Under the pieces are notes generated by a model, which had not been told where the DNA came from, did not search any database, and saw only the letters and a list, made by a program, of their open reading frames with translations. A stretch of 64,000 bases of DNA from Escherichia coli (lineage in GTDB: Bacteria; Pseudomonadota; Gammaproteobacteria; Enterobacterales; Enterobacteriaceae), in the NCBI RefSeq assembly GCF_013315695.1, contig NZ_CP054356.1; one strand, given 5' to 3'. Positions 1-9,312 of the stretch are shown one piece after another. Numbering within the stretch: the first letter of the stretch is position 1; each line of letters opens with the position of its first letter. The position numbers were made by a program, and so were the translations under genes.

Positions 1-2
1 AT

Positions 3-389
3 TATATTGATGATGAAGATTACCGCCGGCGCATTCTGACCCAGCTTAATCGGGGAGAAAGTCGCCATGCCGTTGCCAGAGCCATCTGTCACGGTCAAAA
101 AGGTGAGATAAGAAAACGATATACCGACGGTCAGGAAGATCAACTGGGCACACTGGGGCTGGTCACTAACGCCGTCGTGTTATGGAACACTATTTATATG
201 CAGGCAGCCCTGGATCATCTCCGGGCGCAGGGTGAAACACTGAATGATGAAGATATCGCACGCCTCTCCCCGCTTTGCCACGGACATATCAATATGCTCG
301 GCCATTATTCCTTCACGCTGGCAGAACTGGTGACCAAAGGACATCTGAGACCATTAAAAGAGGCGTCAGAGGCAGAAAACGTTGCTTAA
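3..389 (+). CDS. tnpA: Tn3-family transposase TnpA, C-terminal fragment (5' part lies outside window)
   Basis: Open frame from window edge to stop at 387-389; C-terminal peptide (..LWNTIYMQAALDHLRAQGETLNDEDIARL..) matches recalled Tn3 TnpA C-terminus; followed directly by the Tn3 terminal IR. Confidence 0.8.
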   Translation, partial: YIDDEDYRRRILTQLNRGESRHAVARAICHGQKGEIRKRYTDGQEDQLGTLGLVTNAVVLWNTIYMQAALDHLRAQGETLNDEDIARLSPLCHGHINMLGHYSFTLAELVTKGHLRPLKEASEAENVA

Positions 390-422
390 CGTGAGTTTTC
401 GTTCCACTGAGCGTCAGACCCC
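385..422. mobile_element. Tn3-type 38-bp terminal inverted repeat (tnpA-proximal end of transposon)
   Basis: CTTAACGTGAGTTTTCGTTCCACTGAGCGTCAGACCCC is the reverse complement of the canonical Tn3 IR GGGGTCTGACGCTCAGTGGAACGAAAACTCACGTTAAG. Confidence 0.85.
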
Positions 423-956
423 GTTTTCATTCTAATGGTGTAGTAGTTTCACGTCACGCGCACGTGCATATTCTTCGAAAGCTTCGGCGTTAGCCGGTCA
501 ACCAGGGGTTTGAGGCCCAACCGTACGAGATCGTACGCTAAGTTCATTTTTTGAGCAGAAGAGGTGAGTAAAGAAAACGAGGGTTTTATTTACTCTTCCC
601 GTCAATGCCAGTAGCCATGCGGTTTCAGGGACTTTCAGTGTTAATAAACTCGGTAATCAAATCAACGTAAACCTGCCTAACAACGCCACGACTTTATTGA
701 CTTAAAATCATATAGTTAGCTTCTTAGCGTACGTTTCCGCTCCATTGGGCTTCAAACCCCACACCCAATGACATGAGAAAAGCTGGATCTGATTCTCAAA
801 ATGCTGGGATACCCATCGAGATGGAGAACTCAGTCAATGTTCCATTCTTTCTGAAATATGTGTGGGGACACTGATCTGTCGGGAGCCGGATGCGGTAGTT
901 CCGCAGGTCCGGTTCTGAGGAGGGGCCCGTCCGGGCAACCGGCGGGTCTACTCACC

Positions 957-1520
957 TCATCCCCCTACAACCACTCCCATTCGTTTAAGTATTTTTAAAC
1001 CTGCTTCCTGTGGTATCTTTATAGATAAGATCCTGTTTATCTCAGGATTTATATCGAGACCTTCTGTCATTGAAAAATCACAGTGAGACAAATCAGAATG
1101 TCTGAACTCTGTATTATTAAACTCCGAACCAGTAAAATCAGATTTACGAAGGTCTGTTTCCTCAAATAAACAATCACGGAAGCGACAGGATAAAAAAATA
1201 GATTTCTGTAACCGTAAACTAATAAAATCAACAAATCTCAAATCACAATTTACAAGAGAAAAAGTACAGGGAAACATAATGTCTGCTGCATTTACTCCTT
1301 GTAATAAACAATCTTTGAATTCACAGTCAATAAGTTTAAAAAAATTAAGTTTTAAATTCTTTATTGAGCAGTTTACGAAGCGACATTTTTCGAACTCACA
1401 ATCGCGAAAGTTAAAGTTGTCAAGCTGTATTCGTTCAAATATACAATTGTAATAATTTACACCTGATAATTCACTTTCACTGAGGTGTCGTTTTGTGATT
1501 CTTTTTTCTATTATATCCAT
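957..1520 (-). CDS. mcbG: Microcin B17 immunity protein McbG (pentapeptide-repeat protein)
   Basis: 187 aa, runs of pentapeptide repeats (..CEFEKCRFVNCSIKNLKLNFFKLIDCEFKDC..); last gene of mcbABCDEFG order. Confidence 0.9.
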   Translation of the reverse strand: MDIIEKRITKRHLSESELSGVNYYNCIFERIQLDNFNFRDCEFEKCRFVNCSIKNLKLNFFKLIDCEFKDCLLQGVNAADIMFPCTFSLVNCDLRFVDFISLRLQKSIFLSCRFRDCLFEETDLRKSDFTGSEFNNTEFRHSDLSHCDFSMTEGLDINPEINRILSIKIPQEAGLKILKRMGVVVGG

Positions 1521-1523
1521 GTG

Positions 1524-2255
1524 TCAGTCTCCTGTTCCCATAACTTCTTTAATAAATGCCTTTTCTGGAGTTGTTTCATTATTGGATTGAATAAAATCAC
1601 TCATATCAGAATAACGATTTATACTATTTTTTGAAAGCATATAGAAGGGGATTTTATCTCTTGTTAATTCATCAAAAATATGAGTTGAGAAAAATACCGT
1701 TTTCCCGTCAGCGGTGATCTTATTTATCAGTTCCCATAACATCATTCTGTACTGAATATCAATGCCTACAGTTGGTTCATCCAGTAAAAATAAACGGGCA
1801 TTTTTGCAAAGCGTTAGCATCAAAGATATGATAAGCCAACGCTTCTCTCCATAACTTACCGTGTAAGTCCTTTTACGTCTTATTTTATCATAGCGAATGA
1901 AAAAATTATCATTCCATTTATGATTAAGCTCTGTCCATGCCTGTTTTTTAGTTAACTTATTGAAGCAGCAAATCAAATCAAGAACCTCCTCATTCCTTAG
2001 TGTACCTGAAAGATTTATGACTTGAGGTAGACTTACTAATTCTCCACCAGAGAAATTTCGCTTGAGGGTCCCTTCATAATTACTGACTCCGCCCCTGATA
2101 AGGTTAAAAAGAGTGGTCTTCCCGGCTCCATTTTCTCCAAGCAGACCTATCAACTCTCCCTGCTCAATCTTAAGCGACAGATTATTGAAAACAGGGGGTA
2201 AATTTACTTTATATGAAAAGCTCAGAGAGTTGATTTCTAAAAGAGGTATGGTCAT
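1524..2255 (-). CDS. mcbF: Microcin B17 export/immunity ABC transporter ATP-binding protein McbF
   Basis: Walker A GENGAGKTT, ABC signature-like SGGE, Walker B LFLLDEP; position in operon. Confidence 0.9.
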   Translation of the reverse strand: MTIPLLEINSLSFSYKVNLPPVFNNLSLKIEQGELIGLLGENGAGKTTLFNLIRGGVSNYEGTLKRNFSGGELVSLPQVINLSGTLRNEEVLDLICCFNKLTKKQAWTELNHKWNDNFFIRYDKIRRKRTYTVSYGEKRWLIISLMLTLCKNARLFLLDEPTVGIDIQYRMMLWELINKITADGKTVFFSTHIFDELTRDKIPFYMLSKNSINRYSDMSDFIQSNNETTPEKAFIKEVMGTGD

Positions 2256-2977
2256 TGAGAACTCCAGACTGGCTCAGTTTTGAAGGTTAGTGCTGAAATA
2301 ATACTTATGATTAACATTATACTATAGAAAAATATCGTCATCAGAGACAACTCCTGGTCTGACTGGAGTATTGTAGAATAGATGGCGATAGGATTAACCT
2401 GATTTATCCAGTAAACGATCCCCTCATTATATTTTAATGATACAATTCCTGATACCATACAGACAGTTATTAATACAGAATAGATAGTGCTGGCTGTTTG
2501 GAATGTGACTCTGAACGATGCCATGAAAGTGAGTGAAACCATCATAAATGCATTTATGTATATCGATTTTAAAATAATCATTACTATTTGATAATCTGGA
2601 CTTGCCTGGAATCCTGTTAGTACGACTAAAATGAAAAAAAACACATACAAAATAGACATGATAAGTGAGGCTATTAATTGAGAACGAATAAATAATAGTC
2701 GACCATCCATATTATGCACGAAGGTAGCAATAAAACCACTTTCTCTTCTTCCGACCAGATACAGACAGTAATTAAACAGAACAACAGAAAAAGAAATGTA
2801 GCCTACAAACCATGATATTTGTTTTCCGAGCCATGCTGTATCACCATAATGAAGTTCAATTTCATTGAAATGAAGGAAAAAGAACAACACTGTAGGTGAC
2901 ATAATTGTCCATATTAAGCTGAAAGGGGTTCTGATTTGTTCCATCAGAAAAATTATCGCCATTTTTAATGTAACCAT
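2252..2977 (-). CDS. mcbE: Microcin B17 export/immunity ABC transporter permease McbE
   Basis: 241 aa highly hydrophobic multi-TM protein, translationally coupled to mcbF. Confidence 0.85.
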   Translation of the reverse strand: MVTLKMAIIFLMEQIRTPFSLIWTIMSPTVLFFFLHFNEIELHYGDTAWLGKQISWFVGYISFSVVLFNYCLYLVGRRESGFIATFVHNMDGRLLFIRSQLIASLIMSILYVFFFILVVLTGFQASPDYQIVMIILKSIYINAFMMVSLTFMASFRVTFQTASTIYSVLITVCMVSGIVSLKYNEGIVYWINQVNPIAIYSTILQSDQELSLMTIFFYSIMLIISIISALTFKTEPVWSSQ

Positions 2978-2986
2978 TTGTTATCC

Positions 2987-4177
2987 TTATGGGAATGGTA
3001 CCATCTTTGATTCTCTGACTTTAATACCGTCCCCGGTATGGTAAATTTTATTATTAATGTTTATTGCACCTGAGTTATTCATATGAAGGAAAAAATCAGG
3101 GCTTACTATTTTTGTGTACCAGACAAGGCTGTTACTTACTCTTTCCCTGGCATAGTAAACAAAAATATTATCAGAAATTTGTTGAAGATAGTTTAATAAA
3201 TTTGTGTCTGACGTAATATTTTCCTCAAGCGTTAACTTGACATCATCAGACAGTAGTACCGTATTTTCACACAAATCCGTAAACGACTCGTACTTGTTGC
3301 ATGACATAAAGTGACGCTGGTAACTATCAATAATGTCATCATCAGTATAACCGCCAATAAGAAAGTTGTGCAGGCATATATACGATTGCCACAATTCCAC
3401 TACGGATTTACAAAGTGCTTTTTTCAGACTATTAGCATAGGATAATCCGGTACTGTATTTTATTCGACTGATTTTGTTTTTTGTGCCATACAGGGTTAGT
3501 ACTGCGTGTCCAGGAGCTCCGGGCAGGGTGATATCGAAAATCCTGATATCTCCTTCTGACCTGAGAGCCAGTAAAATCTCATCTATATGATTTATGCCTG
3601 TTACTATTTCACTGGATATTTCAGTATTGGCTTTTCCCTGTAACCAGTAAAGAAGGAGGGACTGTCTCTCCATAAATTCACACAAGGAACCTTCTATGGC
3701 ATCGTTCAAACTACCATGAAAGCTACATCCGCATGTATCTCTGTCAGGATAAAATTTCAGATCATCTGCAGCGGTTATATTGTCGAGTGCAATTATGACT
3801 GCAGGTATTTCTTGTTGTTCAAGGCTAAACAGATTAAAGGCTCTGACCGTTTTAAATTTATGGGTTATGATTTCATCGCGGGTCAGTGATGAGATCTGAA
3901 AAAATGCTTCGGTAAAAGCCTTTGCAGCAGATGGAGGCATCATCTCATATAATGTTTTCTGACCACCGGTGACTATCTCATTAAAAAAATGACGGCGTTC
4001 AAAATATTCACCTATTGCCCCCTGAATTGACTTCAGAGTTTCACCGGCCGCGCTGGCTGGTGTAATACGCTCATAGTCCCATATCTGAGAAAACGTTGGC
4101 ATATTTCTGTTCAGTTTTGGACTCATGGCCATTGTGGCCGGCCATGCGGACATAAGGTTACTGTAGACATTTATCAT
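2987..4177 (-). CDS. mcbD: Microcin B17 synthetase subunit McbD (YcaO-type cyclodehydratase)
   Basis: 396 aa, operon position between mcbC and mcbE; size matches McbD. Confidence 0.85.
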   Translation of the reverse strand: MINVYSNLMSAWPATMAMSPKLNRNMPTFSQIWDYERITPASAAGETLKSIQGAIGEYFERRHFFNEIVTGGQKTLYEMMPPSAAKAFTEAFFQISSLTRDEIITHKFKTVRAFNLFSLEQQEIPAVIIALDNITAADDLKFYPDRDTCGCSFHGSLNDAIEGSLCEFMERQSLLLYWLQGKANTEISSEIVTGINHIDEILLALRSEGDIRIFDITLPGAPGHAVLTLYGTKNKISRIKYSTGLSYANSLKKALCKSVVELWQSYICLHNFLIGGYTDDDIIDSYQRHFMSCNKYESFTDLCENTVLLSDDVKLTLEENITSDTNLLNYLQQISDNIFVYYARERVSNSLVWYTKIVSPDFFLHMNNSGAININNKIYHTGDGIKVRESKMVPFP

Positions 4178-4976
4178 CGTTTACATCTCCAAAAAACTGA
4201 ACGATCAGTGGCGCTACAGTCCTCTGATCCAGATTCATTGTTTTTGCTACGTATGAATCGGTATATCCCGCCCATACCCGGTTTTTCAGTCCTATTTGAT
4301 CTGCAACCAATACTGCGTTCTGATACATCGAACCTGTTTCCATTAAGGCCATCCGGTATCCTCTGTAGCGATATTTGAACAAAGCTTTTTCAAAAATAAT
4401 GCAATAGACGAGAGCAAAATGGGGTTTACCAAGACGTTCCGAATCCCCACCGGACAGGCTTCGGTAGAGTGACTGAGTATTACATGTAGCAACAGGTTCC
4501 AGTGCCTGACTTAGCGGCAGGTAGTGATAAACATTAGTTCCTGCCTGCCAGTTTTCTGTATTTTCAGATAATCTGCATAAAAAAACTTCAATCGGGTACA
4601 ATGCCCCCCCAGAAGGATAAGGTCTTCTTACAGAGCCAGGATCAGGTGAGCTGAATGCATTGACTAATAACTTTTCAATAGTACGAATGGAAAGTTTATT
4701 TTTGTCGCAAAAGTTTATTCCTGATGGGAGCCTTTCACGACTAAAATTATGTGATGAGGATATGTTTATTACGGAGCTGAAACCTGGCCTGAAGAGAACT
4801 TCTTTATTTTCAAATTTCTCCAGATGGGCAAGAGGTACCGCGGACACGAAAGTTCGTTCAGCAAATTCGGGGAGGGAAGCAAAGTTACCTCTGACATGAA
4901 AATCTTTAACAATGGCCAGAACTTCAGGATCTGTGTAATGCGTTACTTCCACTAAAGAGAGTTCGTGTTTTGACAT
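4158..4976 (-). CDS. mcbC: Microcin B17 synthetase subunit McbC (FMN-dependent dehydrogenase)
   Basis: 272 aa, operon position; size matches McbC. Confidence 0.85.
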   Translation of the reverse strand: MSKHELSLVEVTHYTDPEVLAIVKDFHVRGNFASLPEFAERTFVSAVPLAHLEKFENKEVLFRPGFSSVINISSSHNFSRERLPSGINFCDKNKLSIRTIEKLLVNAFSSPDPGSVRRPYPSGGALYPIEVFLCRLSENTENWQAGTNVYHYLPLSQALEPVATCNTQSLYRSLSGGDSERLGKPHFALVYCIIFEKALFKYRYRGYRMALMETGSMYQNAVLVADQIGLKNRVWAGYTDSYVAKTMNLDQRTVAPLIVQFFGDVNDDKCLQ

Positions 4977-4977
4977 G

Positions 4978-5865
4978 TTATCTCTCCAGACAGCTGCAAG
5001 CCTGCCAGTGAATTACCGGCTCTTTACATAAAATACAGGTGATTAAATCAGCGCTAACAGATGACATAAAGTTATCGACATGACTTTTAACCAGTGAAGT
5101 ACCTGTCAACTCCTGAAGTCGCCGTTTTATTAAATGATAGCTGAATCCTCTTTCTGATTCGCCTAAAGCCAATGCTGGTAGTGTCATTTGGTATTTTTTC
5201 AGTAACTGAAGTAAGTTTGCCCAGGACATTTCGTTACGTCTGAAGCTTTTTTCTTCCCTGCTCAGCCATCTCTCTATATGACAAAAATGGCAGGGAGTAC
5301 CAAGATCAGGTGAATATACTCCATCTATCCTGAATGACTCCTTTAGGTAGTAGCTTTGGATGAAGGCAACACCAGGGTTACTTTCAAATTTTGAATAGAT
5401 TCTTTTTACAATGTCTGAATGATAGTTTTCGAGATGTAACCAGATTAGTGTTGAATCGCTCACATTAATATTATTATCTTTTATATCAATGATATGAGAA
5501 ACAAAAACACCATCAGATTTCCATTGTTCCCGGGCATTACTGAAAAGATGTGGAACATCGCTTATTATGACTGAGTTTACCCAGAGAGGTGATGTTTTCG
5601 TTTTATTTATCACGCCTGTGGTAATAAGAAACTCTTTGCCCTTGTCTTTATCAATAAGCGATTCGTCCAGTAGTTTATCAAGGAGGTATTCAGAAATAAT
5701 ACCCTGTTTGGATCGTAGGCTTTCGAGTACTTTTTTCATTCCCTCATGTGTAATGTCTACTGAAGAAATGTAGGTAATAAGCAGGGTCTTTGTATTTCTG
5801 GAAATTATCTCAAACGGCAGAATATTGATCATATCTTTTCCTTTTTTAATATCAGGGAGCACCAT
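4978..5865 (-). CDS. mcbB: Microcin B17 synthetase subunit McbB (zinc-binding scaffold)
   Basis: 295 aa, Cys-rich C-terminus (CHFCH..CILC..C.C), directly downstream of mcbA. Confidence 0.85.
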   Translation of the reverse strand: MVLPDIKKGKDMINILPFEIISRNTKTLLITYISSVDITHEGMKKVLESLRSKQGIISEYLLDKLLDESLIDKDKGKEFLITTGVINKTKTSPLWVNSVIISDVPHLFSNAREQWKSDGVFVSHIIDIKDNNINVSDSTLIWLHLENYHSDIVKRIYSKFESNPGVAFIQSYYLKESFRIDGVYSPDLGTPCHFCHIERWLSREEKSFRRNEMSWANLLQLLKKYQMTLPALALGESERGFSYHLIKRRLQELTGTSLVKSHVDNFMSSVSADLITCILCKEPVIHWQACSCLER

Positions 5866-5891
5866 GCTCCCTGAACGGTTAATTCAACGTA

Positions 5892-6101
5892 TCAGATATG
5901 TGAACCACTTCCGCCGCTGCCACCGTTTCCACCACTACAACCGTTGCTGCAACCACCACAACCGCCACCTTGACCACCGCAGCTACCGCCGCCGCCGCCG
6001 CCGCCACCACCACCAATGCCAACACCTAATGGAGACTGGCGTGATAATTTAAGAGCATCAACGGACAAAACTACACCAAATTCACTCGCTTTTAATTCCA
6101 T
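5892..6101 (-). CDS. mcbA: Microcin B17 precursor peptide McbA
   Basis: 69 aa MELKASEFGVVLSVDALKLSRQSPLGVGIGGGGGGGGGGSCGGQGGGCGGCSNGCSGGNGGSGGSGSHI; matches recalled McbA with leader plus Gly/Ser/Cys core. Confidence 0.97.
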   Translation of the reverse strand: MELKASEFGVVLSVDALKLSRQSPLGVGIGGGGGGGGGGSCGGQGGGCGGCSNGCSGGNGGSGGSGSHI

Positions 6102-6320
6102 AAGGACTCCTTTTTTAAGGGAAATTAATGCTTATGACATCTGAATAGTATGTTGGCCAACACTAGTTACTTGCCGTCATTAACTATATTTTGCAATGAT
6201 AATTTGAACTAAATTTGTACGCCTGTTAAATATTTAATAATAATATCAGTTGGTTATGTTTATGCTGTTATTGTTTTTTTACAAAAATTAATATTGTGTT
6301 TACATTTTGCTTTCAGTTGC
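6102..6320 (-). promoter_or_regulatory. mcbA upstream promoter region (AT-rich; expected site of the OmpR-dependent stationary-phase Pmcb promoter)
   Basis: AT-rich 200 bp directly 5' of mcbA on the minus strand; exact -35/-10 not assigned. Confidence 0.4.
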
Positions 6321-6630
6321 TGTCAGGATGTCACACTACCCCTTTAAGCCCCCACTGGTCTGGCAGGGCCGGGGGTGGGTAAGGTGAAACCTGTCAATCA
6401 GTACCGGCTTACGCCGGTATCATATGCAACAACTGAGTGCCGCCTTCCATATCATATCATTTGCCCGTTTCCCGCCGTGCAGATCCGGTTTCCGGCTGAA
6501 GTGGATCCAGACCTGATTTGTTGCTGAGTATCGGTAAAAGAGCGGCTTATAATCTATTCTGAAACATGGCAAGTGAATCTGGGCTGTATAATTCCGGCAA
6601 GTGTCATCTGTATTTAAAGGTCGTGTGAGT

Positions 6631-7083
6631 ATGAAATTTATGGAATGTGCTGTCCGGGATGTGATTTATGGGACCAATGTCCGTATTGTCAAACCGGTCA
6701 ACATTTATGAATGTGAACTCAGGGACAATGTGTTTGTCGGCCCCTTCGTTGAGATACAGAAAGGCTGTGTCATTGGTAGTGGAAGCCGGATACAGTCGCA
6801 CACGTTTATTTGTGAGAACGTAACACTGGGGGAGAACTGCTTCATTGGTCATAACGTGACGTTCGCCAACGATCTGTTTCGTTCAGGAGCACCAGATCCG
6901 TCACCGGATAACTGGATCAGCATTACCCTGGGGGATTCGGTTACTGTTGGCAGTGGAGCCATTATTCTGTCTCCGTATATATGCAGCGGAGCTGTTATTG
7001 GTGCGGGGGCAGTTGTAGTAAAACCGATTGAGAACAAAGGCATTTATGCAGGAAACCCGGCAAGACTGATCAGAATATTATGA
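6631..7083 (+). CDS. Hexapeptide-repeat (left-handed beta-helix) acyl/acetyltransferase
   Basis: Repeated [LIV]-G-x-x-x-x hexapeptides (IGHNVTF, LGDSVTVGSGAIILS, IGAGAVVV); ORF track starts at alternative GTG 6601, ATG at 6631 more likely. Confidence 0.75.
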   Translation: MKFMECAVRDVIYGTNVRIVKPVNIYECELRDNVFVGPFVEIQKGCVIGSGSRIQSHTFICENVTLGENCFIGHNVTFANDLFRSGAPDPSPDNWISITLGDSVTVGSGAIILSPYICSGAVIGAGAVVVKPIENKGIYAGNPARLIRIL

Positions 7084-7091
7084 AAAAGAAA

Positions 7092-7116
7092 AGGGCCGTT
7101 ACTGGCCCTTTTTATC
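7092..7116 (+). terminator. Rho-independent terminator after acyltransferase gene
   Basis: GGGCCGTTACTGGCCC hairpin followed by T-run just after stop codon. Confidence 0.55.
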
Positions 7117-7485
7117 AGAGGTAGGTCTGTGAATACGGCAGGTGTACAGAAATCGACTGCCGGGGATCGATTTCCAGGGCCGCCCGGTATTCTGCGTCAG
7201 TGATATCACCTTTTTTCAGTAAATAACCGAGAGCATCGTTTCCCAGCCCTGACAGTATGCGTATTCTGGCGATCCGGACTGGCAAATAACCCATCAAAAA
7301 CGTTATTGCCAGACATTGCGAACTCACCAATTTTGATTATTGGAGCCACTTTTTCATAAGTTCCGTGAAATTATTTCATAATAACGACCCTGTTTATTTT
7401 ATGTAATGACTGGCAATAAAATAACTTGATTAAGTTCCCTTTATCCAGCCTGATAGTGGATAAAGGAAACTCAATCATAATTTAA

Positions 7486-7839
7486 TTAGTTTATTAACTT
7501 CATCGCATTCTTTTTTGTCTCCTCATCACTTTTTTGCTCCGATTGTGAAGAGGACTGAATGATTGTTGAAGAATTTAAATCGGCCATCTCTTTTGGAAAT
7601 AGCGATCTCAATATATTCACGATATCTGAAAATGTGGTTTCTTTCGTCAGCAGTTCACATAAAAGGAAAGGGGCCCTGGGATCTTGTCTGTATAAGGCCA
7701 GACCTGCCGTCAGTGCAGCCCGGTTAAGGCGGCTGCGTTCCCCTTGCGGGATACTGTCCAGTGTATCACAAACAATTTTATCTGTTTGATTTACATCTGG
7801 ATTTAGCTTAAAGGCAATGGTTCTGCGCTTGTCCATCAT
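7486..7839 (-). CDS. parR: Plasmid partition adaptor ParR (StbB)
   Basis: 117 aa [47 protein letters not shown].. matches recalled R1/R100 ParR. Confidence 0.92.
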   Translation of the reverse strand: MMDKRRTIAFKLNPDVNQTDKIVCDTLDSIPQGERSRLNRAALTAGLALYRQDPRAPFLLCELLTKETTFSDIVNILRSLFPKEMADLNSSTIIQSSSQSEQKSDEETKKNAMKLIN

Positions 7840-8801
7840 TAATTACCTATGAGATACATACCGTTAACTAAATCATATTGAGAGTTATTGGTTTTAAAAA
7901 AACGTTCATCACGAATCTGTGTGTGTTTTTTTACTGCATCGCATATTAATTCTGCGCCACCACCTATAACCATAACATGAGTATAACCAGAAAATTCATT
8001 GAGTGTATTTAATACACGTTGCTCAAGTTTACGAAGTGCTTCATTCATTGCTTCGGTGACTATTGATATTTTATTCTCATCATTAATTCGTTGCTTCAGA
8101 TAGTTATTATCTTTTCTGTGAATAATTATATCGTCAGCAAGATAGCTACTTCCTTTTGTTCTCGCAAGAGAAAGGGCATCTTTTACTGCAGATGTGACCA
8201 GAGATACACCAAGAGATGAGTCTCCGTATATTTTACTGATTCCCGATAATTTCCCCATTACCTGAGAAATATCTAATGTGGTGCCCCCGAGATCTATAAT
8301 TAATAAAGAATCTAACTCATCCAGTTCTTGTAGAACTTCATAACCTGCCGGTATAGATTCAGGCATGACTTTTACATCTTTTATTGTGAATGTATCCCCA
8401 CCATTTAATGTAATTTTTTTCCGGAAGTTTGCTTTCTTACGCTCAATATTTTCCGTATTGGGTTGGTTATTCCTGTCGTAATACTCTGTCAGAGGAAGTG
8501 TGCAAACAATATCCACTTCGCTTACCGGCAGACCACTGGTCAGTAAGGCGTGGTGCACCGCAACGACATTAACGTCGCTGTATTGCCATGCGATATTGGT
8601 TGTGACTACAGCATCCGGGCTGATTGGATCAAATGAATACTGTTCGCCGTTCAGTGTGTAGTTAAAGACCTTTTTATCACCAAAAGAAACTGCCCACTCG
8701 CGTTTGAAGCTGTTCGGGCTAATGTGCTGTTTAATTGTTCCGTCGCTTTCCTGCCACTGTAGTTTGATGTTTGTTGAACCGTCATCAATGAATACCAACA
8801 T
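7839..8801 (-). CDS. parM: Plasmid partition actin-like ATPase ParM (StbA)
   Basis: 320 aa [25 protein letters not shown].. matches recalled R1 ParM. Confidence 0.95.
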
Positions 8802-8809
8802 TTATAAAA

Positions 8810-8975
8810 CTCCTTATGGTGTTTTTTTTGGTGTTTGTTTGGGTGTGTTTTGGGTTTTAAGTGGGTTTATTTGTCAAGTTTACCCCATTTTAACTATCAA
8901 TCAATGATTATTTGTCTTGTTTTGGTGTTTTATTGGGTTTGGAGTGGGTTGTTTTTGGGTTTTGTTTGGCGGATA
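8810..8975. promoter_or_regulatory. parC: parC centromere/promoter region (iterated ~11-bp repeats)
   Basis: Directly upstream of parM: multiple direct repeats of GGGTGTGTTTT / GGGTTTTAAGT / GGTGTTTTATT type flanking an AT-rich core. Confidence 0.7.
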
Positions 8976-8980
8976 ACAAA

Positions 8981-9290
8981 AGATGTCGCCGGGCTCCTCT
9001 TTTTACTGCGCCGGCTGACGCGGCGCGGCAGGAACGCTGCCTGTGGTCAGTGTCCCGCGTCCGGCCGGGCACGGGACGGGCGCTTTTACCGCTCCCGGCT
9101 GGCGTCGGTGACAGTGTACGCCAGCCCGTCGCCCTTTTCTGATGAGCGCCCTTCAAGCCGCTTTCGCGGCATAGCCTTGCCGTCAAAAAGACGACGGCTG
9201 CGGTATTCCACGGTCGGCCTGACCCGTTACCGGGCGCGGTGAACAGCCCACAGGCAGCGGGGAACGGGCGCCACAGGGGCGCCCTCCCGA
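8981..9290 (+). repeat. Leading-region structured repeat, family A copy 1 (Frpo/ssi-like candidate ssDNA promoter)
   Basis: About 310 bp nearly identical to 10288-10598; GC-rich with nested inverted repeats; sits directly upstream of an operon start. Confidence 0.6.
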
Positions 9291-9312
9291 TGCTCCTGTG
9301 AGGATAATTCCC

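Noticed and set aside
5825-6052. 75-aa His/Arg-rich ORF on the + strand opposite mcbA
   Set aside because: It is the complement reading of the McbA glycine-codon tract (GGN repeats read as His/Arg/Pro codons), an artefact of low-complexity sequence.
7115-7330. 71-aa minus-strand ORF after the acyltransferase
   Set aside because: No convincing RBS or family; may be a gene remnant but cannot be supported from sequence alone.
8983-9018. Conserved mini-ORF (MSPGSSFYCAG-like) at the start of family A elements
   Set aside because: The conserved AAGGATGTCGCC motif resembles SD+ATG, but the spacing is too short for initiation and the downstream frame is not conserved in copy 3; more likely a structural or regulatory motif.
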